64,000 nucleotides of DNA from Lepidodermella squamata. Taxonomy: Eukaryota > Animalia > Gastrotricha. Location: NCBI GenBank assembly GCA_047495785.1, contig JBLDXI010000007.1, forward strand, positions 3,534,001 through 3,598,000, given 5' to 3'. The notes beneath the pieces were generated by a model. The model had not been told where the DNA came from and ran no database searches. It saw only the letters and a program-made list of their open reading frames with translations. Position 1 is the first letter of the stretch, and the number at the start of each line of letters is the position of its first letter. Below, in pieces: positions 63,313-64,000 of the stretch. The position numbers were made by a program, and so were the translations under genes.

Positions 63313-64000
63313 TTAGCTTCGCTGGCGCTTTTCGTCCTTTTCACTGGAATGCACAATCGGCTTGAGGCGAGATTTAAACATTTCAATAATTTCGCTTTTC
63401 GAACGCTTCCTATAACCGTCAAATTGAACGAGATGGTCTGCTAGCTTTTCGAACTGCCCCAGGAAAACCATGGGCGCAAGAGCGGCGAAGTCGATGCCGT
63501 CGAAAATCAACGCGTCCTCCTCGGCGTGCCGCTCAAGCGTATCTAACATGCGCTGTGGTTCATGCGTCCAGTGCAGCTGTGAATTTGCGTGATGTACGAT
63601 GTGATACGAATCGTTGTACATAATATCAGGAAAATTGCAGTTGTTAGTCGTTGATTTGTACGGGCTGCGCGGGTTACTCGGGTCGATGAATATGTGCTGC
63701 GAAAAGTTGCCAAGCATGCTCGAGAAGCAGGTAAAGAAAAATGGTATCACAAATACGTAGAGTGTCGCGGCTGGATTCAACTTGTAGAGAAAATACAATG
63801 TGCTCAGGTAGATCGCTTCATTTATCAAGGCGTGGGCGATTAGTTTATACCGGCGCCTTCTGAAAGCGTAATAGGGAAGCTCGACCCACGAAGCCATCCA
63901 ATATCGCATGAAGTAGATGAGATAGCTTCGAATAAGGCTTCGATCGTACGGTTCAGTGCTGCTCACGTCATAAGGGAAGATGTTGTTCTCGCAATGATGC
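63313..64000 (-). CDS. Membrane fatty acid desaturase-like protein (5' part off-window)
   Basis: His boxes HHCENN (window edge), GNFSQHIF and NDSYHIVHH, with two hydrophobic segments between them. The frame is open for all 688 bp. Confidence 0.75.
   Translation of the reverse strand, partial: HHCENNIFPYDVSSTEPYDRSLIRSYLIYFMRYWMASWVELPYYAFRRRRYKLIAHALINEAIYLSTLYFLYKLNPAATLYVFVIPFFFTCFSSMLGNFSQHIFIDPSNPRSPYKSTTNNCNFPDIMYNDSYHIVHHANSQLHWTHEPQRMLDTLERHAEEDALIFDGIDFAALAPMVFLGQFEKLADHLVQFDGYRKRSKSEIIEMFKSRLKPIVHSSEKDEKRQRS

Noticed and set aside
1-64000. Prokaryotic operon or defence-system reading of the ORF track
   Set aside because: ORFs are fragmented by GT-AG introns and encode animal-type domains, so many listed starts and stops are intronic.

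Overview
Intron-rich eukaryotic DNA, most likely an invertebrate animal (many GT-AG introns of about 45-60 nt); the organism cannot be identified from the sequence. The window is dominated by a tandem family of atypical Cys-loop (pentameric ligand-gated ion channel, pLGIC) genes. The typical member encodes: signal peptide, an unrecognised ~200-230 aa beta-rich domain (D1), a ~90-210 aa Thr/Ser mucin-like stalk, a second copy of the same domain type (D2), and a single-exon pLGIC with no loop-B Trp or vicinal Cys, a PDR/SDR M2 entry and a very short M3-M4 loop. Four copies look complete (5152-8364, 18763-22948, 37340-41097, 57110-60786) and one more (1-2199) runs off the window. Two channel copies are 5'-truncated next to transposon ends, one member carries a VWA domain instead of the channel, and several pseudogene remnants lie in between. 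A 7.85-kb CMC/EnSpm (CACTA-type) transposon sits exactly between two apparently identical 3709-bp direct repeats, so it appears to have duplicated part of a channel gene. Also present: two paralogous astacin-EGF-CUB-like-kringle-chitin-binding metalloprotease genes (one with a 5.5-kb TIR element in an intron), several MITEs, a short prolyl 4-hydroxylase alpha-like gene and a partial membrane fatty-acid-desaturase-like gene. Exon structures were inferred by eye, and CDS coordinates span introns.
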